Virus record (IMG/VR): IMGVR_UViG_3300044796_000401 | Reading direction: 5' to 3' (one strand) | Length of the DNA: 64,000 nucleotides | From: a virus | Lineage: Duplodnaviria; Caudoviricetes | Part shown: positions 15,448 to 24,317 of the stretch, one piece after another | Position numbering within the stretch: position 1 is the first letter of the stretch | Layout of the letters: each line of letters starts with the position of its first letter | Notes under the pieces: model-generated | What the model saw: the letters and a program-made list of their open reading frames with translations, nothing else | Databases searched by the model: none | What the model was told of the DNA's origin: nothing | Position numbers and translations under genes: made by a program

Positions 15448-16020
15448 ATGAAATACTTTATCGGTCTATTGGTTCTTTTCTTCAGTTTTGTTGGTCTTTC
15501 CGCGGCCCAGCATCCGGGCGGAGGGTCCCACGGCGGCGGTGGCGGCGGCTCCCACGGGGGCGTTAGCGGAAGCCATGGCGGCGGAAGCAGCCACGGGAGC
15601 GCCAACAAAGGCTCCTCCCACAAGGGCGGCAGTCGCGGAGCGGTCTCGCATGGCAATCAGGGACGCAATCAAGGACATCAATCGCGAGTAACCGACCGAG
15701 GACATTTCAACGGCGACCAAGGGCGTCACACAAGCGCCAACGACCGCAGCCACTTCGACGGGCGTCATTTCGACGCTGGGTATCGCGGTCGCTATTTCGG
15801 ACGCAGCAACCGTTTCCGCTTCGGGCCTCGCGTGCGGTATGGCACCGGCGGTTGGCGTTTCTGGTATGGAAATTTTTGGTTCAACATGTATGACCCGTGG
15901 TATAGTGACTGGGGATGGGGCGATGACATGTACATCGACTACTCTGAGGGTGATGATTGCTACTTCCTGTACAACTACCGCCATCCCGGATTCAGAATCC
16001 GCCTCGGCGTAGTTTTTTAG
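15448..16020 (+). CDS. Secreted Gly/His-rich protein with aromatic C-terminal domain
   Basis: Signal peptide, GGGSHG repeats, RFWYGNFWF...YIDY...YFLYNYRHPG; GAGG RBS. Confidence 0.75.
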   Translation: MKYFIGLLVLFFSFVGLSAAQHPGGGSHGGGGGGSHGGVSGSHGGGSSHGSANKGSSHKGGSRGAVSHGNQGRNQGHQSRVTDRGHFNGDQGRHTSANDRSHFDGRHFDAGYRGRYFGRSNRFRFGPRVRYGTGGWRFWYGNFWFNMYDPWYSDWGWGDDMYIDYSEGDDCYFLYNYRHPGFRIRLGVVF

Positions 16021-16233
16021 GGTTTTATCGATAGGAACATTATACCGCTACCCACATCCCAACGAACCTGCCCGTTTCATTTATGTTGGGCAGGGAGCGA
16101 ACCGGGATAAAAGACACCGTTTGGGACGTTCATCTTGTTCATCTTTTGGTCGGCGCTTCAAAAACACTTTCCCAACGTTGAACCGCTTAGCGAGCGCAAT
16201 CCCAGACTTTAGTCTGGGTAAGCGAGTGACTTT

Positions 16234-16371
16234 ATGATACAAGCACAACTCAAGCTTCGTCTCAACAAGAAGCAAGAAAACACTCTGACGGGATGGTTGT
16301 GGAACCTAACTGGTGTCTGGAACTGGGCTATCCGCAAGATAGAATTAGACGCAAAGGCGGGTGCGTCGTGA
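16234..16371 (+). pseudogene. tnpB: TnpB N-terminal remnant (45 aa)
   Basis: MIQAQLKLRLNKKQENTLTGWLWNLTGVWNWAIRKIE, typical of the OrfB_IS605 N-terminus. Confidence 0.7.
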
Positions 16372-16868
16372 TTATTTGTAAAGCGTGTTTAGTCCCTAAA
16401 GACTCTCGTGAGTTCAGCAAAGACTCTCGCAAACGTAATGGATGCCAGAGTTATTGCAAGCCTTGTGCCGCCTCTAAAATTGCTCGGGCGAGGGCGGCAA
16501 ACCCCGAGAAAGATAAAGCCACACGCAAACGGTGGGAAGCGACACACCCCCAGCGCCACTTGAAACATTCGGTAGGAATCACTCTGTCCGAGAAGCGGAG
16601 TCAATTTAAGAAGCAAGGCAGTAAGTGTGGTGCATGCGGCAGCCTTGAACATAATCACCCGTATCTGCAAGGCGAGAATGGGTGGTGCGCCGACCACGAC
16701 CACGAGACCAGACAGTTCCGTGGCGTGATTTGCTGGCCTTGCAATATGACGCTCGGATTTGCTCACGATTCCGTAGAGCGATTACTGGGCTTGCTGGATT
16801 ATCTGGCGGCTCGTAACACGCTATTTGCCGGGGCAGGATATGCCCACGAGGAGGCTTGCTATGCGTGA
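16368..16868 (+). CDS. Endonuclease VII-family homing endonuclease with TnpB-like C-terminal tail
   Basis: CKAC..CKPC; QGSKCGAC...ADHDHET..RGVICWPCNMTLGFAHDSVERL; ends AARNTLFAGAGYAHE. Confidence 0.82.
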   Translation: MIICKACLVPKDSREFSKDSRKRNGCQSYCKPCAASKIARARAANPEKDKATRKRWEATHPQRHLKHSVGITLSEKRSQFKKQGSKCGACGSLEHNHPYLQGENGWCADHDHETRQFRGVICWPCNMTLGFAHDSVERLLGLLDYLAARNTLFAGAGYAHEEACYA

Positions 16869-17209
16869 GCCTGTCAGGAATCCCAGAGTTTACTCTGGGA
16901 GTATCAAGCAAAAGCGCGTGCTTGTTACAATGGAGGCCGCACTCAGGGGCGTAAAAACGCTGAAAGCGGATTCCTCAAGATTATTCTTGCAAAGGGCCGA
17001 CACAGCCGTTGGCACATTGCCCGAAATAAGCCGAATCTCCGTTGCTCTCTTTGTGTTGACGAGGAATTAACTAAAGCGGCGGCTCATAACTGAACTCAAT
17101 TTTGCCTGCCGCGCTGAAAAGGCCGAACCTTTGCGCGAAATCTAGCGGTTGTCTCGCGTCGCAGGCATAATTTCCTCGACGTTCAATCCCCATCTGGTAT
17201 TATCTGGAT

Positions 17210-17557
17210 ATGGACGAAATCAAGCAAATCAGCATCGTCAACTCCGAGTATGGCAAGCCCTTCAATCTCTACGTTCGTTCAGACCGCCTCAAGGCGTTCT
17301 ACCAGTTCATGATCGATGAGCGCCATCCCGAGCGCAAATCCGACCCCATGCCCGGTGCGAGTTGGGCCGTGGTGCTGGGGCTTGATGCGATCTTTGCCCG
17401 CCGCCCCAAGAAATTTCCCGTCGATGACATCCTGCTTTGGCTGGCCAGCGGCATCATTCCACACCCGGATTTCCCGCGCGTGACCAAGACCGAGGTCGAG
17501 TACGCCCTTGAGCGTTTCTCCGCGATGTACCCTCCGGACGCCTCGGAGGACGCATGA
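17210..17557 (+). CDS. Hypothetical protein (probably leaderless)
   Basis: TATTAT 17198-17203, 6 nt, ATG. Confidence 0.7.
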   Translation: MDEIKQISIVNSEYGKPFNLYVRSDRLKAFYQFMIDERHPERKSDPMPGASWAVVLGLDAIFARRPKKFPVDDILLWLASGIIPHPDFPRVTKTEVEYALERFSAMYPPDASEDA

Positions 17558-18090
17558 ACTTCCACGACGAGATAAGCGCGATCCGCAGCAATTGGACCGG
17601 CGGGCGGATCACGAAACGCACCGCCATCATCGAGTTCGAGGCGCTGCTGCGGGAGCATCGCATGCTCCCGAAGGACCACCTGCTCAATCCGGACCTTTCC
17701 GACGAAAGCTTCCTGTCTTTGCTCAACCATTCGTTCGCCCTGACGGAGGGGTCCCTCGCGTGGCTGGAGCAGCAGACCGAGACGTTCTTCGCCGAGCATC
17801 CCATCACGGAGTCCCGGTGCCCCGCATGCAACCGGTGGGTCGCCGGAGGGCTGTACAAGCAGGTCGGCATAGAGGAAGAGGACGACGGGGACCAGATTGC
17901 TCCGCGGGAAATCTTCGACCTGCCCTCGCTCCGGTGCGCGGCCTGCGCCCAGGCCTACTTGGACGAGCGCGTGTTCAAGACCAAGAGTCCGGGCATCCCC
18001 GACACGGGCGAGGCTCCGATGAGTAAAGAAGAGGCCTCGTGGTTTGCTTCGCTGGAAAAACAGATGAATGAGCCCAACGGCAAGAAGTGA
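17554..18090 (+). CDS. Hypothetical Zn-ribbon protein
   Basis: CPAC...CAAC; ATGA overlap. Confidence 0.7.
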   Translation: MNFHDEISAIRSNWTGGRITKRTAIIEFEALLREHRMLPKDHLLNPDLSDESFLSLLNHSFALTEGSLAWLEQQTETFFAEHPITESRCPACNRWVAGGLYKQVGIEEEDDGDQIAPREIFDLPSLRCAACAQAYLDERVFKTKSPGIPDTGEAPMSKEEASWFASLEKQMNEPNGKK

Positions 18091-18320
18091 GGAAAACCTC
18101 AGTATTGACCAGTATGAAGCGAGCCACCGCGACGGCGAAAGTCTGGTTGGACGGAAAGCCCGTGGTCTTGAGCGGCACGTTGCAGCCGCTCCAAGACGGC
18201 ATCCAGCTATTCTGCTGCAAGGGCAGGTGGTGGCTCTACTACGATTTCGACGACAACACGGGCTCCTTCGAGTCCAAGAAGGAAGCCAAGGAATGGCTGC
18301 TGAATAATGGCGGACGGTAA
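18087..18320 (+). CDS. Hypothetical protein
   Basis: Overlapping start/stop coupling. Confidence 0.55.
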   Translation: MRKTSVLTSMKRATATAKVWLDGKPVVLSGTLQPLQDGIQLFCCKGRWWLYYDFDDNTGSFESKKEAKEWLLNNGGR

Positions 18321-18726
18321 GTTACAGGCCAAAATGGGGCTTAATCCTAAGAACGCGTTACGAAAGGAACTTCGACCGTATGGCGGCTGCAAACGGTGGA
18401 TGTACCTATTTCTTTGTGCAGAATGCAAAAAAGAACTTTGGTATGAACGACGTATTGTCTTCAAGCAACAAGGGAAATGCCCAAGATGCGCCGCGAAAAT
18501 TAACGCCGTTCAAGCCCACGAATCTGTCACAAAGCGCCCCTTTGAGGCCATCTATAACAGATTAGTCAAATCCGCTTCGGACCGTAATTTGTCGTGCGCA
18601 CTGACTTACGAATCCTTTTTACGGTTTACAAACACCCATAAGTGCCACTACCGCGGGTCATCCATTGTTTGGTCAAAACACACAGGTTCAGTAGGACAGG
18701 AACGAGATTTTTTGGTGGAGGACTAG
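18307..18726 (+). pseudogene. Truncated HNH-type homing endonuclease
   Basis: CAEC..CPRC; YNRLVKSASDRNL...LTYESF....CHY then ends in the 36-bp repeat before the catalytic motif; AT-rich. Confidence 0.55.
18691..18726 (+). repeat. 36-bp dispersed direct repeat, copy 2
   Basis: GTAGGACAGGAACGAGATTTTTTGGTGGAGGACTAG. Confidence 0.85.
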
Positions 18727-19185
18727 ATGGACAATAAACTCAGCAAGCCGAAGAAGCTCACCGAGCGATGGCTGGACGCGGCGTTCGAGGAGTTGCGGAA
18801 ATACAAAGCCACCCTCCAGGAATGGGACGACCTCCTGACGGACAAGGAAGCCATGCTGGAATCTTGGGAGGCGAGGCTCCTCGCCTTCACGGAGGAGCAC
18901 AGCGAGGAGTTCGAGGACGAAGGATGCCCGTGCGACATGTGCCGGTACGAGCGCATCGGAGAGGACGACGAGGACTGCGGGATGCGCGAGTGGGATGAAG
19001 AGGAAAAAGAAGCCATCCGTAAAGACCCTGATCTTGAACAGCATATGCGCCAACTCAAGCTCGTGCGCCATTGGGGTCCGCCTCCCGAGCCGGTAGTCGC
19101 CGCCCCGGACGCCGGAGCCCGGAAAGACATCGTGGAGCTCGATAAATTGTACGCTTTGCCGGACAGGCGCAAGGGGAAGCGATGA
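18727..19185 (+). CDS. Hypothetical acidic coiled-coil protein
   Basis: GGAGG RBS inside repeat; CPCDMC. Confidence 0.7.
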   Translation: MDNKLSKPKKLTERWLDAAFEELRKYKATLQEWDDLLTDKEAMLESWEARLLAFTEEHSEEFEDEGCPCDMCRYERIGEDDEDCGMREWDEEEKEAIRKDPDLEQHMRQLKLVRHWGPPPEPVVAAPDAGARKDIVELDKLYALPDRRKGKR

Positions 19186-19412
19186 GCTTGGGCGGGAAAG
19201 TCTGCTGCGTGGTCGAATGGCTCGACGGGGGGGAGTCCGAACAGTGCGAGAATCCCCCGACGCATGCCGCCTACAGCCCCGAGGGCAGGCTGAAGCACTA
19301 CTGCACCCCGCATTTCGACGCCCTGGTCGAGACGCTGCGGGCTTGGGATCGCACGAACCGGTACCCCGAGTACATCACCAAGGTCAAGAAACTCAATCCG
19401 GGGCTCCTGTGA
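19182..19412 (+). CDS. Hypothetical protein
   Basis: ATGA overlap; Cys/His motif shared with next ORF. Confidence 0.6.
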   Translation: MSLGGKVCCVVEWLDGGESEQCENPPTHAAYSPEGRLKHYCTPHFDALVETLRAWDRTNRYPEYITKVKKLNPGLL

Positions 19413-19422
19413 GGCCGGTCTG

Positions 19423-19635
19423 ATGCCGCACGAATGCCAATGGCCGATATCGGAAACCGAAGCCTGCGGGCTGCCAGCCCACAATCGCATCGAATCCGAT
19501 AATGACGGAGAGCCCCTCATGTGGCTTTGCGCGAAGCACTTCGACTGGATGGCAAACCTGATCAAAAATGTGGCAGAATGGGACGATCCTGTTGGGGAAT
19601 TGATGGCCCGGATCGTCAGGAAGAACCGTCTATAG
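19423..19635 (+). CDS. Hypothetical protein
   Basis: CQW..C....LCAKHFD, similar to previous ORF. Confidence 0.6.
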   Translation: MPHECQWPISETEACGLPAHNRIESDNDGEPLMWLCAKHFDWMANLIKNVAEWDDPVGELMARIVRKNRL

Positions 19636-20032
19636 AGGGAAATTAAGCGGGGTAAAATCGTCCTTTGCGGCGTATTCCCTTTATATATCCTAGCACTTCA
19701 TACTGAGGCCACTCCTCAGAGCGGATGCGTTTTGCGGCAAGTGTCCGATGATGGATTGGAACTCTTCCTTTCATGGAAGCTGCAAGAAGTAAAAGTCGGG
19801 TTGAGTTTTCGCCCGGACTAAAACACCAAAGCCGCCGTTTCAGGCGGCTTCGGTATAGATTTTTTGGGATCACCACCTTTCTACGGAGTACTGGGCAACT
19901 TCAAGTTTTCCTGATATATGAGGCTGCACTGCTTTTGATTCATAGGCATCCTCCACCGAGAAAGGGATTAGATTGAGTATTAGGTTGTGTCAAGCGACCG
20001 TTGAATGAGGCCGCTTAAATAAGGAAACCGTA

Positions 20033-21580
20033 GTGGAAAATCTCAAACGCATTTTCGGAATACTGGATGACCCCGTGCGCATCTACTATTTTGATGAAAG
20101 CCGGGAAGTGGAAAAGGAAGAAGTAGCCTACGGTCGGATACTACATCAGATTGTCTTTGGCAACAACGGCCTAGTTGAGAGTCTTGGTCCAACGTGGTCC
20201 TTGGTGGCCGATCCCAGATTCTCAAAAATTGAAGCCATGATGATTGTGGATCGTAAGGCCGTATTCGGCGGGGATTCGCGGCTTGGGGTGCAATATATCA
20301 GCGAGAACGGACTCCTATCTTCTTCCATGGGGGATTTGGAAAAATATGCGGAGATTTTAGGAGAAGGGCGGAACTTCCACAATGTCCTTGTCCACCCCGA
20401 CGAAAATTGCCTCGTCCGCCGCTGGCTTGAGCGCATCTTCAAGGGCTACACTTTGGTAAGGCCCCACCTCTCCCTCAACTGCAAGTGCAAGCCGACCGCC
20501 GACCCCCGGACGTTCAAGGACGCTCCGGACGAGGTTGTATGGGATTTGATAGGGCGGGAGTGCCCCAACCGGGGTTTCGACCGCGCAGGGGCTCCCACGG
20601 CGTATGGCACCCTAATGCACAGCCTGATCCGGTCGGACCTCGTCGGCCTGATCCACGATTACGCCGAGACCCCGCTCATCGACAGCTACATCTACTTGCA
20701 GAACAACGGCGTCGTCGTGGCACCGGAGGATGTCCAGAAGCTCGATCCCCGCGGGGTGGACCACCAGCGAGTGCTTCAAGAGATCGACATACTGGAGCAG
20801 GCGCTCACCCACCGGGCGGTCCTGAGGGTCACGGCGGCAAAAATACTGCAACAAATGCAGGTCGAGAACGAGCTTAAGAATCTCAAGGATTCGGAGGGAA
20901 ACCCGCTCCAGCTTACCGACACCGAGCGTGACGAGCTTCTCCGCATCGTGTATTTATCCAAGTGGCCAGACGAGAAGCCCGAGCTTATGATGAACATATT
21001 CGGATTCATCGCTTCCTGCATGAAGCGCCCGTTTGCCGAGCGCCAAGCCAGGCAGCTTGCGGACGCCAGCAACCGCTCGCTGGAAACGATCGAGGACCTG
21101 AAGCGCGGCATCATCATGCCGATCAACCACTACACGGAGCCCGTGCTGGAGATTCCCGCCGACCTCGCGGAGAGCGAGGTCATGCGGTACGCCGCGGTGC
21201 TGGACGCCTTGACCAAGAACCCGCTGAAGGGCCTGCTGTTCCAGATTTACGTGGCGGCGGAGCAGGAGGGCGAGGTCGGCGTGCTGGACATCCTCGCGCC
21301 CATTTTCGATCCCAACTACCGGCTTGACGAGGAGACCTACAACAATTTCCTGCGCGCCATCACCCGCCGCGCCCGGAGCCTGCGGGTCATGGAAGCCGCG
21401 GAGGTCGTCCCCCGCGGCACGACGGACACGGGCGTCTCGGACATGGACACCCGGACCAAGGAAGGCAAGCTCGATATCTACGGGCAGCGCCCGAACCCCG
21501 ACGATCCCACGAAGATGCAGGTCAAGCTGGGGGACGGCACCTGGCACGACACGAAGTTCCCCGATCCGCCTAAGGAATAG
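20033..21580 (+). CDS. Hypothetical protein (515 aa), family not recognised
   Basis: Long ORF, AAGGA RBS, phage-like codon usage. Confidence 0.8.
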   Translation: MENLKRIFGILDDPVRIYYFDESREVEKEEVAYGRILHQIVFGNNGLVESLGPTWSLVADPRFSKIEAMMIVDRKAVFGGDSRLGVQYISENGLLSSSMGDLEKYAEILGEGRNFHNVLVHPDENCLVRRWLERIFKGYTLVRPHLSLNCKCKPTADPRTFKDAPDEVVWDLIGRECPNRGFDRAGAPTAYGTLMHSLIRSDLVGLIHDYAETPLIDSYIYLQNNGVVVAPEDVQKLDPRGVDHQRVLQEIDILEQALTHRAVLRVTAAKILQQMQVENELKNLKDSEGNPLQLTDTERDELLRIVYLSKWPDEKPELMMNIFGFIASCMKRPFAERQARQLADASNRSLETIEDLKRGIIMPINHYTEPVLEIPADLAESEVMRYAAVLDALTKNPLKGLLFQIYVAAEQEGEVGVLDILAPIFDPNYRLDEETYNNFLRAITRRARSLRVMEAAEVVPRGTTDTGVSDMDTRTKEGKLDIYGQRPNPDDPTKMQVKLGDGTWHDTKFPDPPKE

Positions 21581-21597
21581 TGTGCTATACTCAGCCC

Positions 21598-21978
21598 ATG
21601 TTCTCGCGAAATAAAATCCCGACTGTCTTCCCCTCCTGTAGGAGGGGTTTCGTGGCCGACAAACACATCGACATACCGGATGCTGAAGCGCCAAATTTGG
21701 GTGACATTTTGGGGATTTGCAAACTGATCGACTCGACGGCGAAGTCCTACGCCGAGCTTGCGGCGTCGAATGTCGATCCGAACGATCCCGAGCTTCCCCG
21801 GCTCCGCATGGTTGGCGGAGTGTTCATGCGGGTTCCCCACAAGGCCCTTTACCGCCAGCTTTTCGAGCCCTCGTACAGGCGGGCAAAAACCCTCGGGTAC
21901 AGGGGCACCCTCCAGCGCTGGGGAGAGCTTCTCCAGGAAGCCGCGGACCAGCCCCAATCCCCGCCCCCGGCCAAGTAG
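21598..21978 (+). CDS. Hypothetical protein (probably leaderless)
   Basis: Extended -10 TGcTATACT, 6 nt, ATG; TAG stop doubles as next promoter -35. Confidence 0.65.
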   Translation: MFSRNKIPTVFPSCRRGFVADKHIDIPDAEAPNLGDILGICKLIDSTAKSYAELAASNVDPNDPELPRLRMVGGVFMRVPHKALYRQLFEPSYRRAKTLGYRGTLQRWGELLQEAADQPQSPPPAK

Positions 21979-22045
21979 CCGAAATCCCCCGACCGCTGTA
22001 TACTATGGGTGAGGAGGCGGGAGCCAACGGTTCCCCCCAAACACC

Positions 22046-22279
22046 ATGAGCACAGAAGGATTCTACGCAGGCAACCCCCCGAGCGGATTCTATGCGGGCG
22101 ACAGCTTCGTCCACCAGCAGTACGAAAAGCGGGTCCGCCCTTGGGAGGAACTCAGCGCCGAGGTCAAGGAAGCCACGAAGCCCCCGTTCAAGGTGTTCCG
22201 TTCCTCGGCGAGGGAAGACGAGGCGCTCGCCCGGCTGGACGCGGAGATCGAGAAGCTCAGGATTCGGAATTCCCGATAG
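22046..22279 (+). CDS. Hypothetical protein
   Basis: Downstream of TAGCCG-N17-TATACT promoter (21976-22004). Confidence 0.6.
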   Translation: MSTEGFYAGNPPSGFYAGDSFVHQQYEKRVRPWEELSAEVKEATKPPFKVFRSSAREDEALARLDAEIEKLRIRNSR

Positions 22280-22794
22280 CGCGCCCCGACATCACGCCGG
22301 ATCGGAGCGGAGCGCGGATGACATCGATGAAACAGGCGGCCATCGGTGCTTATTTCGAGGTATCATAGGACATGGGCTGGAATCTTCTGATCGATTGCGC
22401 CGTATCGGCGGGGCTTCTGTTCTGCGCCGCCACTTTGGTCTATGCGCTGGCGCAAAGCCGAAAAGGAAAGCAGCCGTGGAACTAGACTTGGGGAACGGCA
22501 TCATACTGACGGGGGCGGATGAAAAAACCGCCAAGGGCCTTCTCGCGCGGAAGGCTTTCATCGCGCAGTATTGCAAGGGCAAGGGCTGGGATGCCGACGA
22601 TCTCACGATAACGCAGGTGCTTGAAATCCGTGCGCAGGAGGGCTGGAAAAATCCTCTGGCTACCGCACCATAAAGATAGGGGCTGGTGGAGTGGGTATCA
22701 GACATTCTACAGATAAGCTGGGCGCGAACCCAGTGCAAAACGAAATGCCTCATCCGGTGAAAGCCGGGTGAGGCATTTTTGTGTTTGGGGCCGG

Positions 22795-23748
22795 TTACTT
22801 TGCGAGCTTCGTGTCCAAGACCTGAAAGAGTTTGGCTTCCGCTCTTACCAAGCTGCCGTCGCAAGAAACTGCGTATTTCCCGTCGCTTGCGCAGCCGCCG
22901 TGGACTTCCTCGCTCCAAAGTACGTTCCCCGCTGCTATGCCGCTATCCAAAGCCTGAATCTTGATTCCCAAGCAGGCGTTAGCCCTGCTGAACCCCATAG
23001 GGCGGTCGATGATGAGAACGATTTGGATTCTGGAATCTTCCGCCGTCCCGATGGAAAGCCCCTTGCCTTTCAGGTAGGCGAGCGTATCGCTCTGGATTTT
23101 GTCCACCGTATCCCCTTCGTAAAGGCGGTTGGAGCCGTGCTTGATGCCGGGGGTGCGGGTCAGCCACTTGTCCGCGCTCTTGGTCGTATGAATAACGAGG
23201 GCAACATCTTTCATTTGCGGTGTTGTTGCCACGGGTGCTGGCGTTGCCGCTGGCGTTGCGGGCACGGGCACGACAGGTTCGGCCTGCACGGGTGCTGGTG
23301 TCACAGGTTGGGGTACGGCTTCGGGAACCGGTGCGGGCAGCTTGCCGTGTATCCTCCAATCAAGGGCGATGGCGAGGCAGGCGTCCTTGACGGCCTTGCC
23401 GACCGATACTCTTCCCCCCGCATAGATGATGCCTTTGGCGGCATTCAAAACCATGATTTGCGATGCGCCCATCTCGCCGAAGACCGTTCGGTAACCTTCG
23501 CGGTTCAAGCTGATGAAATAGTCCGGGGCAAGCTGGTCGCTGAGGGTGATTGTGACGGCGGGGCACGACTTCAGCAAATCCTGCGCCATCTCGATCGTCT
23601 GGTCGTGCTTGTTGGTGATGCCGTTCTGCGTGCTGGTGTTGCCTTCGCCCGATATAAAGACGACGGGTTTGGTCTGCGCGAATGCGGACGCGGCGAACAT
23701 CAGGACTGCGACCGAGAGAACAGCTAGAATCTTTGAAGCTGGTTTCAT
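22795..23748 (-). CDS. Secreted protein with Pro-rich linker
   Basis: Signal peptide ending AFA, PAPVPEAVPQPVTPAP linker; GGAG RBS. Confidence 0.75.
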   Translation of the reverse strand: MKPASKILAVLSVAVLMFAASAFAQTKPVVFISGEGNTSTQNGITNKHDQTIEMAQDLLKSCPAVTITLSDQLAPDYFISLNREGYRTVFGEMGASQIMVLNAAKGIIYAGGRVSVGKAVKDACLAIALDWRIHGKLPAPVPEAVPQPVTPAPVQAEPVVPVPATPAATPAPVATTPQMKDVALVIHTTKSADKWLTRTPGIKHGSNRLYEGDTVDKIQSDTLAYLKGKGLSIGTAEDSRIQIVLIIDRPMGFSRANACLGIKIQALDSGIAAGNVLWSEEVHGGCASDGKYAVSCDGSLVRAEAKLFQVLDTKLAK

Positions 23749-23808
23749 AAGTCTCCTTTGTGAACCGGTCAGGGGCGGGCTGGCGCGTGAACGCTGTCCG
23801 CTCCGTCT

Positions 23809-23949
23809 TTACTGCTTGGCCTGCCTTCTTTCCAAGAACTCCTCGACGGCTTTCCGAACCAGCCAGCCGACCGAGCGTTCGTCCTGCTTTCCTATCTTCT
23901 TGAGGGCCGCGACAGCGGGGCTGTCCAGCCATAGTGTGAGTCTCTGCAT
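23809..23949 (-). CDS. Ribbon-helix-helix (CopG/Arc-like) regulator, 46 aa
   Basis: MQRLTLWLDSPAVAALKKIGKQDERSVGWLVRKAVEEFL; GGAGG RBS; TTGACA-N18-TATTAT promoter at 23965-23994. Confidence 0.75.
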   Translation of the reverse strand: MQRLTLWLDSPAVAALKKIGKQDERSVGWLVRKAVEEFLERRQAKQ

Positions 23950-24317
23950 AGGGCCTCCAGCTGCATAATACTACATCTTACGTTATCTTGTCAATTCCTG
24001 TTTTGGGCTGTCCGGGCGGAACTGATGGGCTGCCAGCCGCCGGTCCGCCGCGGCGATGCTGCATGGTGAAGGGCTTCCGCGCATAGAATAGAGGCTGGCG
24101 TGCCTCGTGCCGGGGAGCCACGACCGTAAAGTCTCTCATACTATGCATCGGCTCCCCGATTCAATTTTCTCCTAAACCGTTGAAAACCAAGGGCTTAAAA
24201 ATAGACGAAATCCCTTTCAGGCCGACAACCCGAAGTACCGAGGACGACCCCCAAAAGTACCAGTCCTCGGGTAGTCAAAGTCCCCCGTCCGCTGTATACT
24301 GTGGGCAGGAGAAACAA

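Larger units (their letters stand above)
16198..16907 (+). mobile_element. Non-autonomous IS200/IS605-family element with tnpB core replaced by endonuclease VII
   Basis: Hairpins CCCAGAC-TTTA-GTCTGGG (16201-16218) and TCCCAGAG-TTTA-CTCTGGGA (16881-16900) followed by TATCAA; tnpB remnants at both ends. Confidence 0.75.
16031..17093 (+). pseudogene. GIY-YIG homing endonuclease split by an IS605-type element
   Basis: N part LYRYPHP..FIYVGQG (16031-~16190); C part GRTQGRKNAESG...RHSRWH...NLRCSLC (16908-17093) resembling the 62648-63337 tail. Confidence 0.7.
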
